Shown here: piece by piece, positions 1-10,727 of the stretch
Position numbering within the stretch: the stretch's first letter is position 1
How the letters are laid out: each line of letters starts with the position of its first letter
Assembly: GCA_020348925.1 (NCBI GenBank)
Contig: CP070758.1
Span: forward strand, 886,469-950,468
Direction of reading: 5' to 3'
DNA length: 64,000 bases
Source: Gemmatimonadota bacterium
GTDB taxonomy: Bacteria > JBHIER01 > G020348925
Notes under the pieces: model-generated
Told to the model about the DNA's origin: nothing
The model's input: the letters and a program-made list of their open reading frames with translations, nothing else
Database searches by the model: none
Position numbers and translations under genes: made by a program

Positions 1-1145
1 TTCGTTTTGATGAGCCAGACATCGCTTTCACCTGCCCCGAAAGATTCGGTATATCCGCAGATGATGTACGTGCCATCGCTCATCTCACAGGCGGATCGTC
101 CGATGTCTTCTTCCGGGCCCCCGAAGGTCTTCGTCCACAGCTCGTCTCCGTTCGAGTCGGTCTTGATGAGGTACACATCATTCAGGCCTTGTCCGAAGGA
201 TGTGGTGGAGCCTGTCAGGAGATAACCGCCGTCGCTCGTCTGGCACGCCGAATATCCGTACTCCCAGCCGGGGCCGCCGAAGCTGCGCGACCATTGCTCG
301 TCTCCCTGGGAGTCCGTCTTTACGAGATATATGTCGGAGGCACCTGCACCGAACGAATAGGTATAGCCGCATATGATGAAGCCCCCGTCGTCGGTCTCCT
401 GGACGGACCTGCCTCCCTCGGAATCAGGGCCGCCGAATGTTTTGGCCCAGATGGCTGTATCTTCATTGATGATTCGGGAAATTTTGGATGAGGAGATATC
501 CGTTTTCGTTTTGGTTCCTCCGCCACTGTTCCGTGTCGTGGCCAGAGCAGTGGCTATGGCCTGACTGTTGTGATAGTGGTACGTTTGACCTCGTACACCG
601 GTCACGATATTTCCGTCAATGACCGGCGGGTGATCACTTCCCACATAATTCGCCCCTGCATTCTGATATTGGTTCGCGTATTGCCCTGTGCCGACGATGT
701 CCACATCATTCAAACGATCGGCAGCAGCCAACACGAGAGGTCCTGAACACATCGTGTAGACGACCAGGCCCGAATCAACGGCCGCTGTCACGAGGTCCAT
801 GGCCTCCTGACTTCCCAAGACATCGGCCCACGGGTTGCCGGCCCGCCAGCTTATGGGTGGTAATAACAATATATCGTACTCTGTGATATCCGTGATCTCT
901 GAAATAAGCCTGTCGATAGAGATGGTTGGAAGCCCTCCAAAGAGGGGACAGGGCGGTATGGTTTCTGAAATCCCTGTCAGAGTGATATTCCAGCCGTATG
1001 CTTCGAGATCATCCCATATGAAAAGAACGTTCGGTCCATAGTTGTTCGCCATGAACACCAAAACATTGATGTCTTCGGCCATTCCAGTGCGGACTCCGGC
1101 GAGCGCGAAAACGAAACAGACGATGACTATGAGCACCTTCTTCAT
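1..1145 (-). CDS. Secreted DJ-1/PfpI-domain protein fused to W-x-K-T-F-G-G beta-propeller repeats (3' end runs off the window; absent from the ORF track)
   Basis: Manual translation from ATG 1145 (SD AAGGAGGAG upstream): signal peptide MKKVLIVIVCFVFALAG, then DITEYDILLLP and TMCSGPLVLAAA (DJ-1 nucleophile elbow), VIDGNIVTG, then repeats WAKTFGG/WSRSFGG/WTKTFGG...SFGAG.SD.YL.KTD. No stop found before the window edge. Confidence 0.85.
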   Translation of the reverse strand, partial: MKKVLIVIVCFVFALAGVRTGMAEDINVLVFMANNYGPNVLFIWDDLEAYGWNITLTGISETIPPCPLFGGLPTISIDRLISEITDITEYDILLLPPISWRAGNPWADVLGSQEAMDLVTAAVDSGLVVYTMCSGPLVLAAADRLNDVDIVGTGQYANQYQNAGANYVGSDHPPVIDGNIVTGVRGQTYHYHNSQAIATALATTRNSGGGTKTKTDISSSKISRIINEDTAIWAKTFGGPDSEGGRSVQETDDGGFIICGYTYSFGAGASDIYLVKTDSQGDEQWSRSFGGPGWEYGYSACQTSDGGYLLTGSTTSFGQGLNDVYLIKTDSNGDELWTKTFGGPEEDIGRSACEMSDGTYIICGYTESFGAGESDVWLIKT

Positions 1146-1492
1146 TGGAACTCCTCCTTTTGTTGATGAATGTTTCAGGCACAATCGTTTTGGGGTGTTG
1201 TTCATTTTGAGTCCCGATTCTCCCAATCGTTGTTCATTAGATCATGGTTCTATGATTTTTGTTTCACTCGTGGCGGACGGTTGTGGCATTCGTTCGACGC
1301 GTGCCGCAAACTTCCTCCCTTGCGGTGCACTTGATATTGACTAAAACTCTTTGATTAAAATAGAGTTACGGAATATATGCTGTTGCAGAATGCTGCCTTT
1401 TGAATCCGTTTCTCTTCTCCCTCTTTCATCATCCTTGAGAGGCCTTGGGCCCATCGAGGAACTCCGTTCCGCTTCGGATAGTCGTGGGCGGG

Positions 1493-1807
1493 TTATTTCA
1501 GAAGCACCATTGATCTGGTTTGTGACCATTGGCCGTTATTCGCCGTCAATTGATAATAGTAGATTCCGCTGGCCATATCGGAAGCATCCCATGTGACCGT
1601 ATGGTGTCCGGCCTTCAAAGGACCATCGACCAGCACGTCCACCACCTGTCCCAATAAATTGTACACTGTCAGAGTGACTTTTTCTGCTTGAGGAAGCCCA
1701 AAAGTAATGTCAGTCTCAGGGTTGAAGGGGTTGGGGTAGTTCTGGGAGAGCTGGTACTCGGCCGGGACCTGAGCCCCTTTGATGAGCTCCATGAACCGCG
1801 CAAAGTT
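1493..1807 (-). CDS. C-terminal fragment of a secreted protein: FlgD-Ig/T9SS type A-like sorting domain (5' part lost in gap)
   Basis: YQLSQNYPNPFNPETDITFGLP...VYNLLGQ.V..LVDG...AG.H.V.WDA..MASGIYYY...MVLLK; abuts the N gap. Confidence 0.9.
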   Translation of the reverse strand, partial: NFARFMELIKGAQVPAEYQLSQNYPNPFNPETDITFGLPQAEKVTLTVYNLLGQVVDVLVDGPLKAGHHTVTWDASDMASGIYYYQLTANNGQWSQTRSMVLLK

Positions 1808-1907
1808 NNNNNNNNNNNNNNNNNNNNNNNNNNNNNNNNNNNNNNNNNNNNNNNNNNNNNNNNNNNNNNNNNNNNNNNNNNNNNNNNNNNNNNNNNNNNN
1901 NNNNNNN
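1808..1907. other. Assembly gap (100 N)
   Basis: N run; genes on either side are unrelated and truncated. Confidence 1.
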
Positions 1908-1909
1908 GG

Positions 1910-4900
1910 ATAATGGCTTGTGTGATGTTTCTGTTTTGGAGTTCAATGTCCTTCGCTCAATGTACGGTCACGGTGACCGCACCGAATGGGAGTGAATCCT
2001 GGTGCGCGGGTGAAATCCAGGATATAACGTGGTCCTCGTCGAATACCAGCGGTGATGCAAAGATCGAGTACTCAACAGATGGCGGCTCGAAATGGCTGGA
2101 AGTGATCGGCAGTACTCCTGACGACGGCGCCTATGAGTGGACGATTCCGGTAATCTCTTCGACAACCTGTCTGGTAAAAGTCTGTGACGAGTTGGATACC
2201 GATTGCTGTGATCAGAGCGACAATACGTTTTCGATTGTTTGCCGGATGAATATCTCATCACCTACTTTCGGAAAAAATTGGTGTGAGGACAGTCTCTATA
2301 CTGTAACCTGGACTGCGGAGTGTTGCTTAAGTGGACTATATCGCATCGAATATTCAACGGATGACGGGTCAAGCTGGACAATGGTGGATATGACGGACGG
2401 AACATTATATGATTGGACTGTACCCAAAACGCCCTCCGATAAATGCAGGATAAAAATCTGCTGCGTGGATGAGGATCCCGAGTGCTGCGCCCAGAGCGAA
2501 ATCTTTTACATCTGGGAGCGGGCTTTATTGAAGCTGTTTTATGCCACAGCAGGAGATTCCTGGAAGAACAACTCGAACTGGTTGTCGGAAAACGATCCGA
2601 TCTGGGATTGGTACGGCGTCACACATGCTAATGGTCGGGCTGAAACGATCGACCTCGCTGACAATGACCTGAATGGGACAATTCCTGCCCAAATAGGTGA
2701 TTTTGAAGCTCTTCGCGTTTTGCGATTGAATAGTAACACAAAAATTACCGGCAACATCCCTGTTGAGACTGGAAACCTATCCTTGCTGGAAGAGCTACAT
2801 CTTTCGGGGGATGATTTAACCGGAGAGATCCCGAATGAGATTGGAAACCTGACGGAACTGCGAATTTTGCGCCTCAACAACAATACGCAGCTAACAGGTC
2901 CCATTCCGGATCCAGAGATCGGCAATCTGTCGAAATTGGAAGTGTTGGATCTTTCGGGGGATGATTTAACCGGAGAGATCCCGGATGAGATTGGAAACCT
3001 ATCCTTGCTGGAAGAGCTAAATCTTTCGGGGGACAAGTTAAGCGGAGAGATCCCGAATGAGATTGGAAACCTGACGGAATTGCGACTTTTGCGCCTCAAC
3101 AACAATACGCAGCTAACAGGTCCCATTCCGGATCCAGAGATCGGCAATCTGTCGAAACTGGAAGTGTTGGATCTTTCGGGGGATGATTTAACCGGAGAGA
3201 TCCCGGATGAGATTGGAAACCTGACGGAATTGCGACTTTTACGCCTATCTGAGAACGAACTGACTGGTGACATACCGAATATCGGCAGTCTGATCAACTT
3301 AGAAGAATTGAATGTCTATAATAATGAACTGGAAGGCAACATTCCGGCCAACATAGGATTGTTGACAAATATGCAGATTTTGAACCTTCAACAGAACAAT
3401 CTGTCCGGCGGCATTCCGGGTGGCATCTGCAATCTGACAAAGCTGGTCGAGTTGAATCTCTCTGATAACAACCTTAATGGCGGTATCCCGGCCGACATCG
3501 GAAATGTGGCAGGTTCACTGCGCGTTCTGCGCCTCCAGAGAAACAATCTGTCCGGCAGCATTCCGGACGGCATCTGTAATCTGACGAAGCTTGAGGAATT
3601 AAATCTCTCTGAAAATAACTTTAATGGGAGTATCCCGGCCGACATAGGAGATGTGGCAGGTTCACTGCGCGTTCTGCGCCTTCACAGAAACGGCCTGTCT
3701 GGGGGTATCACTGAAATTGGTAAATTAACAAATTTGGAGGAGCTCAATCTCTCCAGCAATAGCCTGAATGGCGTGATACCGACAACCACTGGAGATCTGA
3801 CACAACTGCAGATTCTCCGACTGCACCGCAATGATCTTTCGGGCGTGATTCCAGACGGGATCGGTGCATTAACAGAGCTCGTGGAGTTGTACCTTTCGAG
3901 TAACGGCCTGTCAGGTGGAATTCCTTCCACTATCGACGGATTATCCGCATTGGTAGAATTGGACCTGAGTTACAATCAGCTTGACGGCAACATACCACCT
4001 GAGATAGGAAGTCTGAGTGCATTAAAAGAATTGAATCTTTCGGGAAACCAGCTCGTGGGCGACATCCCGCCCCAGATCAGTAACCTGGTCAAATTGAGAA
4101 TATTAAATCTTTCCGGGAACGCACTCAATGATGTATTCCCCATCGAAATCTTTGCCATGGACACATTGGAGACATTAAACCTTTCGGACAACACCTTATA
4201 CGGTCCCATCTCTTCAGGTATCGGTACGCTTAACTCCTTACGAATCCTGAATCTTTCAACCAATCTGTTCGAGGGTCTTATCCCGAGTCAGATAGGCAAC
4301 TTAGAAAAATTGAACTATTTATCCCTGGGATCTAATCTCCTGTCCGGCACAATTCCCTCTGTAATCTGGAATCTGACCTCACTGGAATATTTGGACGTCT
4401 CGTCCTGCGAAAAAATAAAGAGTGAAATTCCCGCATCGATTCAAAATTTGATACATCTGGGAATATGCGACCTTTCTGACGACAGTTTATACGGTTCCAT
4501 TCCGAGTGAAATCGGAGAGCTGAGTTCTTTGCGGCAATTGGATCTTTCCTTCAACTGGCTTTCCGGAACCATTCCAGCGACGATAGGAAATCTCGATAAT
4601 GCGCGAGCCCTGTCCCTCCAATCAAATCAGCTCTGCGGTGCGATTCCATCTGAGATAGGGAATTTAAGTAACATTGAAGATTTATTCTTGGGCATGAATC
4701 GGCTCTCCGGATCTGTCCCTGACGCTATTATCAGCCTTAGCGAACTTGATGATTTACATATTGGATACAATATGCTCTTCAGCAATGATAGTAACGTGAG
4801 GAGTTTTCTCAATGACAAAGATCCCGACTGGGAGGATACCCAGACCGTGCCACCGATCGACGTGACCATCGATTCTATTACCCACAAGAGCATTGAAGTC

Positions 4901-6793
4901 AAATGGTCACCGATCCCTTACACCTGGGACGACGGCGGATATTGGGTCCAGTATGGCACATCCTCCGGCGCTTACACTGATTCAGTTGGCCAGACTGCCG
5001 GAAAACTGGATACCTCCTTGACCATAACAGATTTGAATACCGATACCGATTACTACTTCGTTGTCAAAACACACACACTGCCCCACGGTTCTCAGAAAAA
5101 CGATCTCTACAGTACCATCAGCACGGAAATCATGGCCCGAACCCTGAGGGATGTTGACGAAGATGGAGTCGCAGACGATGATGACAACTGTCCAAACGAT
5201 GCCAATCCCGACCAATTGGATAATGATAGTGACGGAGTGGGGAATGTCTGCGACAACTGTCCGGATGTCCATAATCCTGTTCAAACCGATGTCGATGGCG
5301 ATGGGTTTGGCGATGCGTGCGATCTCTGCCCAGGTTTTGATGACAGCCAGGATTATGATGGTGATGGTGTTCCTGACGGCTGCGACAACTGTCCGCACAC
5401 GTGGAATGAGGACCAGACGAATTCTGATGACGATAGCCGAGGCGATGTCTGCGACAACTGCCCGGGCGAAGACAATGAGGATCAGGACGATACAGATGGT
5501 GATGGAGCAGGCGATGTCTGTGACCTCTGTCCTGGCTTTAATGATATGCAGAATTCAGACAGTGACGGCATACCGAACGGCTGTGATAATTGCGACTTCG
5601 TGGATAATCCCGATCAGGCGAATTCAGACACTGATTCCCTCGGAGATGCCTGCGACAACTGTGATTTTATTTACAACGTCGATCAAGCTGATGGAGACCT
5701 GAATGAACTCGGAATCCCGGCGCCAGATGGAGTTGGTGATGTCTGCGACAATTGTCCGGATGTCCCAAATCCTGCTCAGGAGGACGCTGACGGCGACGGA
5801 ATTGGTGATCACTGCGAGATAGACGCTGATAACGACGGGATCATCAATGATGAGGACAATTGCTGGCAGGACTGGAATCCGGATCAGACAGACGGGGACG
5901 GTGATGGTGTGGGCGATGTCTGCGACAACTGCCCTGGAATTTCTAATCCGGCGTTGGACGATCTTGACGGCGACGGCCATCTTGACCAGGTTGACACCGA
6001 CGCCGACAACATTGGCGATCAATGCGACAATTGTGCAGCCGTTTTCAATCCCCTTCAGGAGGATGGCGACGGCGATGGTCTTGGAGATTCGTGCGACTAC
6101 TGTCCGAACGATCCGATGAACGATGTGGACAGTGACGGTGTCTGTGGTGATGTGGACAACTGCCCGGCCATCTTTAATCCCAACCAGGAAGACGGTGACG
6201 GTGATAGTGTTGGTGATGCCTGCGATGGCTGCCCGGAAGACCCGAATAAAACTGATGAGGGTCTCTGTGGATGTGGAATTCCCGATACCGACGATGACAG
6301 CGACAGTCTGATTTACTGCCATGACAATTGCCCTTTTCACTTCAACCCGGATCAGACCGATGGCGATGGAGACAGCGTTGGTGATATCTGCGATAACTGT
6401 CCGACTGTCGTAAATGAAGATCAGATGGATAGGGATAGAGACGCACTGGGTGATGCCTGTGACAACTGCCCTACTGTTTTTAATCCCGACCAGGCGGATA
6501 GCAACGGCAACGGCATTGGCGATGTGTGTGAGGGCCTGAGGGGAGACGTAACCGGTGACGGAGAAATCAATATCCTGGATGCACTGGCGGTGATCAATCA
6601 TATTCTGGGAATCCATGCCTTGGAATACAATGCTCTTTTCCTGGCCGATTGCAACGGAGATGTTGAGATTAACATATTGGATGTGTTGGGTATTGCGAAT
6701 GTGGTTTTAGGCATCAGTGAGTGCGAGCCCGCCGCTTTACGAGAGTTACCTGTACGAGAGGGCATGAAGCTGAGGAAAATGCAAAGGCAATAG
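1910..6793 (+). CDS. Giant secreted protein: two Cys-containing Ig-like domains, LRR N-cap, about 30 plant-type LRRs, FN3, thrombospondin type-3 repeats, C-terminal dockerin (start probably in the gap or at ATG 1913)
   Basis: Signal-like [22 protein letters not shown]....ITW domains; [13 protein letters not shown]....NWLS...WYGVT cap; LxxLxLxxNxLxGxIPxxIGxL repeats; DxDGDGVGDxCDNCP repeats; [13 protein letters not shown]...[13 protein letters not shown] dockerin. Confidence 0.92.
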   Translation: MMACVMFLFWSSMSFAQCTVTVTAPNGSESWCAGEIQDITWSSSNTSGDAKIEYSTDGGSKWLEVIGSTPDDGAYEWTIPVISSTTCLVKVCDELDTDCCDQSDNTFSIVCRMNISSPTFGKNWCEDSLYTVTWTAECCLSGLYRIEYSTDDGSSWTMVDMTDGTLYDWTVPKTPSDKCRIKICCVDEDPECCAQSEIFYIWERALLKLFYATAGDSWKNNSNWLSENDPIWDWYGVTHANGRAETIDLADNDLNGTIPAQIGDFEALRVLRLNSNTKITGNIPVETGNLSLLEELHLSGDDLTGEIPNEIGNLTELRILRLNNNTQLTGPIPDPEIGNLSKLEVLDLSGDDLTGEIPDEIGNLSLLEELNLSGDKLSGEIPNEIGNLTELRLLRLNNNTQLTGPIPDPEIGNLSKLEVLDLSGDDLTGEIPDEIGNLTELRLLRLSENELTGDIPNIGSLINLEELNVYNNELEGNIPANIGLLTNMQILNLQQNNLSGGIPGGICNLTKLVELNLSDNNLNGGIPADIGNVAGSLRVLRLQRNNLSGSIPDGICNLTKLEELNLSENNFNGSIPADIGDVAGSLRVLRLHRNGLSGGITEIGKLTNLEELNLSSNSLNGVIPTTTGDLTQLQILRLHRNDLSGVIPDGIGALTELVELYLSSNGLSGGIPSTIDGLSALVELDLSYNQLDGNIPPEIGSLSALKELNLSGNQLVGDIPPQISNLVKLRILNLSGNALNDVFPIEIFAMDTLETLNLSDNTLYGPISSGIGTLNSLRILNLSTNLFEGLIPSQIGNLEKLNYLSLGSNLLSGTIPSVIWNLTSLEYLDVSSCEKIKSEIPASIQNLIHLGICDLSDDSLYGSIPSEIGELSSLRQLDLSFNWLSGTIPATIGNLDNARALSLQSNQLCGAIPSEIGNLSNIEDLFLGMNRLSGSVPDAIISLSELDDLHIGYNMLFSNDSNVRSFLNDKDPDWEDTQTVPPIDVTIDSITHKSIEVKWSPIPYTWDDGGYWVQYGTSSGAYTDSVGQTAGKLDTSLTITDLNTDTDYYFVVKTHTLPHGSQKNDLYSTISTEIMARTLRDVDEDGVADDDDNCPNDANPDQLDNDSDGVGNVCDNCPDVHNPVQTDVDGDGFGDACDLCPGFDDSQDYDGDGVPDGCDNCPHTWNEDQTNSDDDSRGDVCDNCPGEDNEDQDDTDGDGAGDVCDLCPGFNDMQNSDSDGIPNGCDNCDFVDNPDQANSDTDSLGDACDNCDFIYNVDQADGDLNELGIPAPDGVGDVCDNCPDVPNPAQEDADGDGIGDHCEIDADNDGIINDEDNCWQDWNPDQTDGDGDGVGDVCDNCPGISNPALDDLDGDGHLDQVDTDADNIGDQCDNCAAVFNPLQEDGDGDGLGDSCDYCPNDPMNDVDSDGVCGDVDNCPAIFNPNQEDGDGDSVGDACDGCPEDPNKTDEGLCGCGIPDTDDDSDSLIYCHDNCPFHFNPDQTDGDGDSVGDICDNCPTVVNEDQMDRDRDALGDACDNCPTVFNPDQADSNGNGIGDVCEGLRGDVTGDGEINILDALAVINHILGIHALEYNALFLADCNGDVEINILDVLGIANVVLGISECEPAALRELPVREGMKLRKMQRQ
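2801..3222 (+). repeat. Intragenic tandem duplication, 222-bp period (3 LRRs)
   Basis: 2801-3000 is repeated near-identically at 3023-3222. Confidence 0.9.
3395..3690 (+). repeat. Intragenic tandem duplication, 147-bp period (2 LRRs)
   Basis: aacaatctgtccggc...gtggcaggttcactgcgcgttctgcgcct occurs at 3395 and again at 3542. Confidence 0.85.
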
Positions 6794-6859
6794 TCTCCGT
6801 TGGCGTGTTCCCCGACGTACAAGAAACAGACGGTGTTGATGAAATAGTTCCAGAATGAC

Positions 6860-6898
6860 ACCTCGGAGTCTAAGAGACTCCGGGGTTTCTGTTCTTTC
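6860..6898 (+). terminator. Probable intrinsic terminator after the LRR gene
   Basis: cctcggagtct-aag-agactccgggg followed by tttctgttcttt. Confidence 0.55.
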
Positions 6899-6909
6899 TA
6901 AACGGAAAA

Positions 6910-7027
6910 ACTTTGAGCGGGTGGGCGGTTTTGGGTTTCTGACAAAAACAGTAAAAATCCTACCCTCTTGCAACTCACCTCTCTGAGGCGTTTCACTTTC
7001 TCTTCAGAGCCGCAACCCGCTCAAAGT
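6910..7027. repeat. 118-bp segment bounded by 13-bp perfect inverted repeats (MITE-like or long stem)
   Basis: actttgagcgggt at 6910-6922 and acccgctcaaagt at 7015-7027. Confidence 0.5.
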
Positions 7028-7031
7028 AAAT

Positions 7032-7243
7032 ATACATCTCGGAAATTCTACGATTTTCGAGATGTATCAGGGGATTTGGGGGAAAGGATGTACTTTCCCC
7101 CAAGGGGTAACAGGATTTCGATGTGAGCTGGCAGAGCATCGAAATCCGCCAGAGGGGCGAAAGCCCCTTGGGAACGTTGCGAGCAAAGCGAGCTCAGTTC
7201 AAAACGGATTCTCACAAGTCTGTGCGGCTTCTCAAACAGCCTC
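7032..7243. repeat. Multi-hairpin intergenic element (REP-like or structured RNA)
   Basis: Four consecutive stems at 7032-7067, 7076-7103, 7113-7147 and 7153-7168 (GAAA loop), then gcgagcaaagcgagc. Confidence 0.55.
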
Positions 7244-7913
7244 ATTCAAGGAAGATTAGAGAGGATGACATATTTTTCGTATCCAGAAACCAAATGCAAA
7301 TAGAAATCGAGATACCTCGATTCTAAAAATACCCTCAAGCCTGAGCCGCTGACGGTCCTGGTGAAGGTTTTGAACCGGCCTTCCTTTTCGTCTCTCTATC
7401 TTTGGTCAGCAAAGTAGAAGAAGAGAAATTATGTTCCCACTTCCATCAGATGCCTGAAAGAATATGCCAGCTCAAATATTCCTCATATTCGGCTTTTCAT
7501 TCACCCCATCGATCCAAGGACTCTCCCAACTGATGGGACATCATCGCTTATTGTTCGTGAGGAAGCCAACATCTCAGCCCATCGCTCCGACACATTCTAT
7601 GAAGAAACCAAGTTTGGACATTCTCTAAAAAAAATGAGGAAAATCTCAAAGATTTTTTGGAGGAGAGTCTACCAATCTCCCTTGATTGTAGTAAATTCCC
7701 ACAGTTAGTGACGCCATTTTCCACAATAATATTACCCCTTCAGTGTTAATAAGTTAAACAAAAGTGAGGCGCCGATCTTAGAATCACTGTCGGATTATCC
7801 TACGATTGTGCGCTGTATTTTCTAACACTGTCACAAATCCGATCGACAGGATGCATCAGCAAGACAAATAGAATCAAAATGTTAGTATAATGTGCTCTGA
7901 ACTGGTCTTTTTT

Positions 7914-7929
7914 AGGCATACCTTTTGCA
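7914..7929 (+). promoter_or_regulatory. Sigma54 (-24/-12) promoter of the GcvH-like/HybAB cluster
   Basis: AGGCATACCTTTTGCA = GG-N10-GC. The cluster encodes an NtrC-type activator; tandem TGT-N11-ACA-like sites at 7687-7725 are candidate enhancer sites. Confidence 0.75.
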
Positions 7930-8016
7930 AAATGAGAGAGACGGAACGAGAAAAGCAAAGGTTCTGTGAAATGTGGAACCGAAAGCAAGTAAAGTCGAAA
8001 GAAAGGAGGTACCATC

Positions 8017-8697
8017 ATGGTGGCCATATTAGTTGCGCTGACCTTCATCCTGGCGGTCACTATTGACGCACTCATCCGCAGGCGTCAAAAAGCGAAAGCG
8101 GTTGTGGCTGTTACCGCCAAGCCGATGCCCAGTTTTCCCTTGGGATATTTCCTCACTCCTGGGCACGTGTGGTTGAATCTTCGTCCCTCAGGAAAGCTGT
8201 TCATGGGTGTGGACGAATTGATCCAACGGACTCTCGGCAAAGTGAGTCAGATACGCCTCAGAAAAGAGGGTGAGACCATCCAGACAGGAGAGGTCTTGGC
8301 AGTATTGAGCCAGGGTGATCGAGACATTCGCCTTCTCTCCCCGGTCGATGGAACCATTGAGAAAACGAATGTTACGCTGGAAAAAAGCCTCCACCAGTCT
8401 TTGGAGCGCCCCTATGAAAGCGGCTGGTTTTACCTTATCCGTCCTTCGAATCTCTCGGAAAGCTTAAAAAACTTCATTATTTCGGATAAAGCCAAGGCCT
8501 GGTGGTCCCAGGAGTTGAAACGCCTTAGGGATTTTTTTCAAAGCCGCATACCACAGGAGGCGCTGGCCGGTTCGACTCTTCTCGATGGCGGTCCGCCCCT
8601 GGACGAAATTGCGCAGCATCTCGATAACAAAGCGTTCGAAGAGTTTGAAACCCTCTTTCTGCATGCTGCATCCGTAAAAGACGGGACCGTAGAATAA
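8017..8697 (+). CDS. Membrane-anchored glycine cleavage H-protein-like protein lacking the lipoyl lysine
   Basis: N-terminal TM helix; PGHVW, GVDELI, SPVDGTI...N, PYESGW; LSQGDRDIR where GcvH has VESVK. SD AAAGGAGG. Confidence 0.85.
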   Translation: MVAILVALTFILAVTIDALIRRRQKAKAVVAVTAKPMPSFPLGYFLTPGHVWLNLRPSGKLFMGVDELIQRTLGKVSQIRLRKEGETIQTGEVLAVLSQGDRDIRLLSPVDGTIEKTNVTLEKSLHQSLERPYESGWFYLIRPSNLSESLKNFIISDKAKAWWSQELKRLRDFFQSRIPQEALAGSTLLDGGPPLDEIAQHLDNKAFEEFETLFLHAASVKDGTVE

Positions 8698-8709
8698 GGA
8701 GCTTACACG

Positions 8710-9453
8710 ATGAGCAAACACAATGCACTCCTCGTCGATTTCACGAAATGCATCGGCTGCGAGGCCTGTGCTTACGCCTGCAAGGAAGCGAATCATCTGC
8801 CGGACAAGGAAGAACATCAACTGTCTTCCACAGCGTATACAGTCGTGAAGGAAAAGAACGACGTATATTTTCGGCAGATGTGCATGCACTGTGATGAGCC
8901 GACCTGCGCCTCGGTCTGTCCTGTAAAAGCTTTCGAGAAGACACCGGAAGGTGCCGTTATCTATCACGATAAAAAATGTATCGGCTGCCGCTATTGCATG
9001 CAGGCATGTCCCTTCGGTGTTCCGACGTACGAATGGGACAAGACACTCCCCCTGGTGCGAAAATGCACAATGTGCATCCAAAGACAGAGACAAGGAGAAA
9101 TCACTGCCTGCTCGGAAGCGTGTCCAACCGAAGCCACGCTTTTCGGGAACAAAGCGGAATTGTTGCGCGAGGCTCGAAAGCGGATACAGGAAAATCCGGA
9201 CCTCTATGTCGATCACATTTACGGTGAGAAAGAGGCCGGTGGAACTTCCGTCATATGTCTGTCCAGTGTACCTTTTGAGAACCTGGGGTTTCCCACGAAC
9301 GTATCGCACGAACCTCTGCCCTCACTCACCTGGAAAATTATGTCAAAGATCCCCAATTACGTTGTCGTCAGCAGCTTTCTCTTGTATGGGATCTATTGGA
9401 TCATCGACAGGAGAATGGAGGTCGCCGGGGCGAAGCGCGAAGTGAGCGAATAG
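8710..9453 (+). CDS. HybA/NrfC-like 4Fe-4S dicluster protein with C-terminal TM helix and no Tat signal
   Basis: CIGCEACAYAC, CMHCDEPTCASVCP, CIGCRYCMQACP, CTMC...CSEACP; YGEKEAGGT. Confidence 0.9.
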   Translation: MSKHNALLVDFTKCIGCEACAYACKEANHLPDKEEHQLSSTAYTVVKEKNDVYFRQMCMHCDEPTCASVCPVKAFEKTPEGAVIYHDKKCIGCRYCMQACPFGVPTYEWDKTLPLVRKCTMCIQRQRQGEITACSEACPTEATLFGNKAELLREARKRIQENPDLYVDHIYGEKEAGGTSVICLSSVPFENLGFPTNVSHEPLPSLTWKIMSKIPNYVVVSSFLLYGIYWIIDRRMEVAGAKREVSE

Positions 9454-9503
9454 TGTCTTGCCACACAGACTGAACGAACCAACAGTACAAAAGTGAGGTC
9501 AGC

Positions 9504-10685
9504 ATGAAATTCAAGATTCCCTTCAAGATAACCTTCTGGAAAGTGGTCTTAATCGCAGCCTGGATTTTTGGCATCGTTGCCGGCATTCTTCGGTTCTCAA
9601 AGGGATTGGGAGCAGCCACGCATTTAAGCGATCACTTTCCGTGGGGCCTGTGGATTGGGTTTGACATTCTGTGCGGTGTGGGTCTGGCCGCCGGCGGTTT
9701 TACAATCGCCGCCATTGTGTACGTCTTTCACATTAAGAGATTCTATCCTATATTACGGCCCACGATCCTGACTGCTTTTCTGGGATATCTCATGGTCATC
9801 GTGGGACTTCTATTTGATCTGGGACAGCCGTTTCGCATCTGGCACCTCATTTTCTGGTGGAACCCTCATTCCGTGTTGTTCGAGGTCGGCTGGTGCGTCA
9901 TGCTCTACACGACGGTATTGGCCCTGGAGTTCAGCCCCGTGCTCTTCGAGCGTCTGGGATGGACCGGCCCCAAGAAATGGATAAAAAAGGTGACCATCCC
10001 CCTGGTCATTGCGGGCGTGATCCTCTCCACCCTGCACCAATCTTCCCTCGGTTCCCTGTATCTCATCATGCCTGGGAAGCTCTATCCCTTCTGGTATTCG
10101 CCGATCCTTCCCTTTTTATTCTTCATCTCGGCTGTAGCGGTTGGGTGCGCCATGGTCATCTTCGAATCCCATTTAAGCGGACGGGCTTTCGGGCATCGAC
10201 TGAGAGTGGACGTTCTTGCGGATTTGGGCAGAGTCATGCTCGTCACGTTAGGGGTCTACCTGATTCTGAAGATTCAAGACTTTACAGCACACGGCGTCTG
10301 GCAGTACCTGTCTCAAATGCGGACGGAGACGTACCTGTTCCTGTTGGAAATCGTGACCGGCGTTATTGCCCCCATCGTCTTGCTCCTGATTAAGAAAATC
10401 AGGATCTCCGCTCGCGGTCTGTACTACGTCTCTGTGTGCACGATTACGGGCTTCTTGCTGAATCGTATCAACGTTGCCATAACCGGCATGCAGGCCTCTT
10501 CTGGAGTGAGCTATTTTCCTTCGTGGATGGAGATTGCGATCACTACCGCTATCGTCGCCACAGGATTCTTCGTCTTCTCCATGGCGACTCGATATTTACC
10601 TATTTTTAAACATCCCGAAAGTTTTGATGAATTGGAGGATCATGAAGCCCTACCTCAGGACGCCGTTTTCGAAGCAGGTGTTTGA
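9504..10685 (+). CDS. HybB/NrfD (HmcC-like) integral membrane quinone-interacting subunit
   Basis: PWGLWIGFDILCGVGLAAGGF, DLGQP.RIW, SVLFEVGWC, TLHQSSLGSL; about 10 TM segments. Confidence 0.9.
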   Translation: MKFKIPFKITFWKVVLIAAWIFGIVAGILRFSKGLGAATHLSDHFPWGLWIGFDILCGVGLAAGGFTIAAIVYVFHIKRFYPILRPTILTAFLGYLMVIVGLLFDLGQPFRIWHLIFWWNPHSVLFEVGWCVMLYTTVLALEFSPVLFERLGWTGPKKWIKKVTIPLVIAGVILSTLHQSSLGSLYLIMPGKLYPFWYSPILPFLFFISAVAVGCAMVIFESHLSGRAFGHRLRVDVLADLGRVMLVTLGVYLILKIQDFTAHGVWQYLSQMRTETYLFLLEIVTGVIAPIVLLLIKKIRISARGLYYVSVCTITGFLLNRINVAITGMQASSGVSYFPSWMEIAITTAIVATGFFVFSMATRYLPIFKHPESFDELEDHEALPQDAVFEAGV

Positions 10686-10727
10686 AAAGCTCTTTTTTAA
10701 ACTGTGTTGTTTCAGGAAATGAGACTC

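Noticed and set aside
1688-1907. N-terminal extension of the 1701-aa LRR ORF
   Set aside because: It is antisense to a sorting-domain gene on another contig and crosses the gap.
5150-6530. Repeated tgcgacaactg motifs resembling a CRISPR array
   Set aside because: They are in-frame TSP3 coding repeats with synonymous variation; no cas genes or constant repeat-spacer structure are present.
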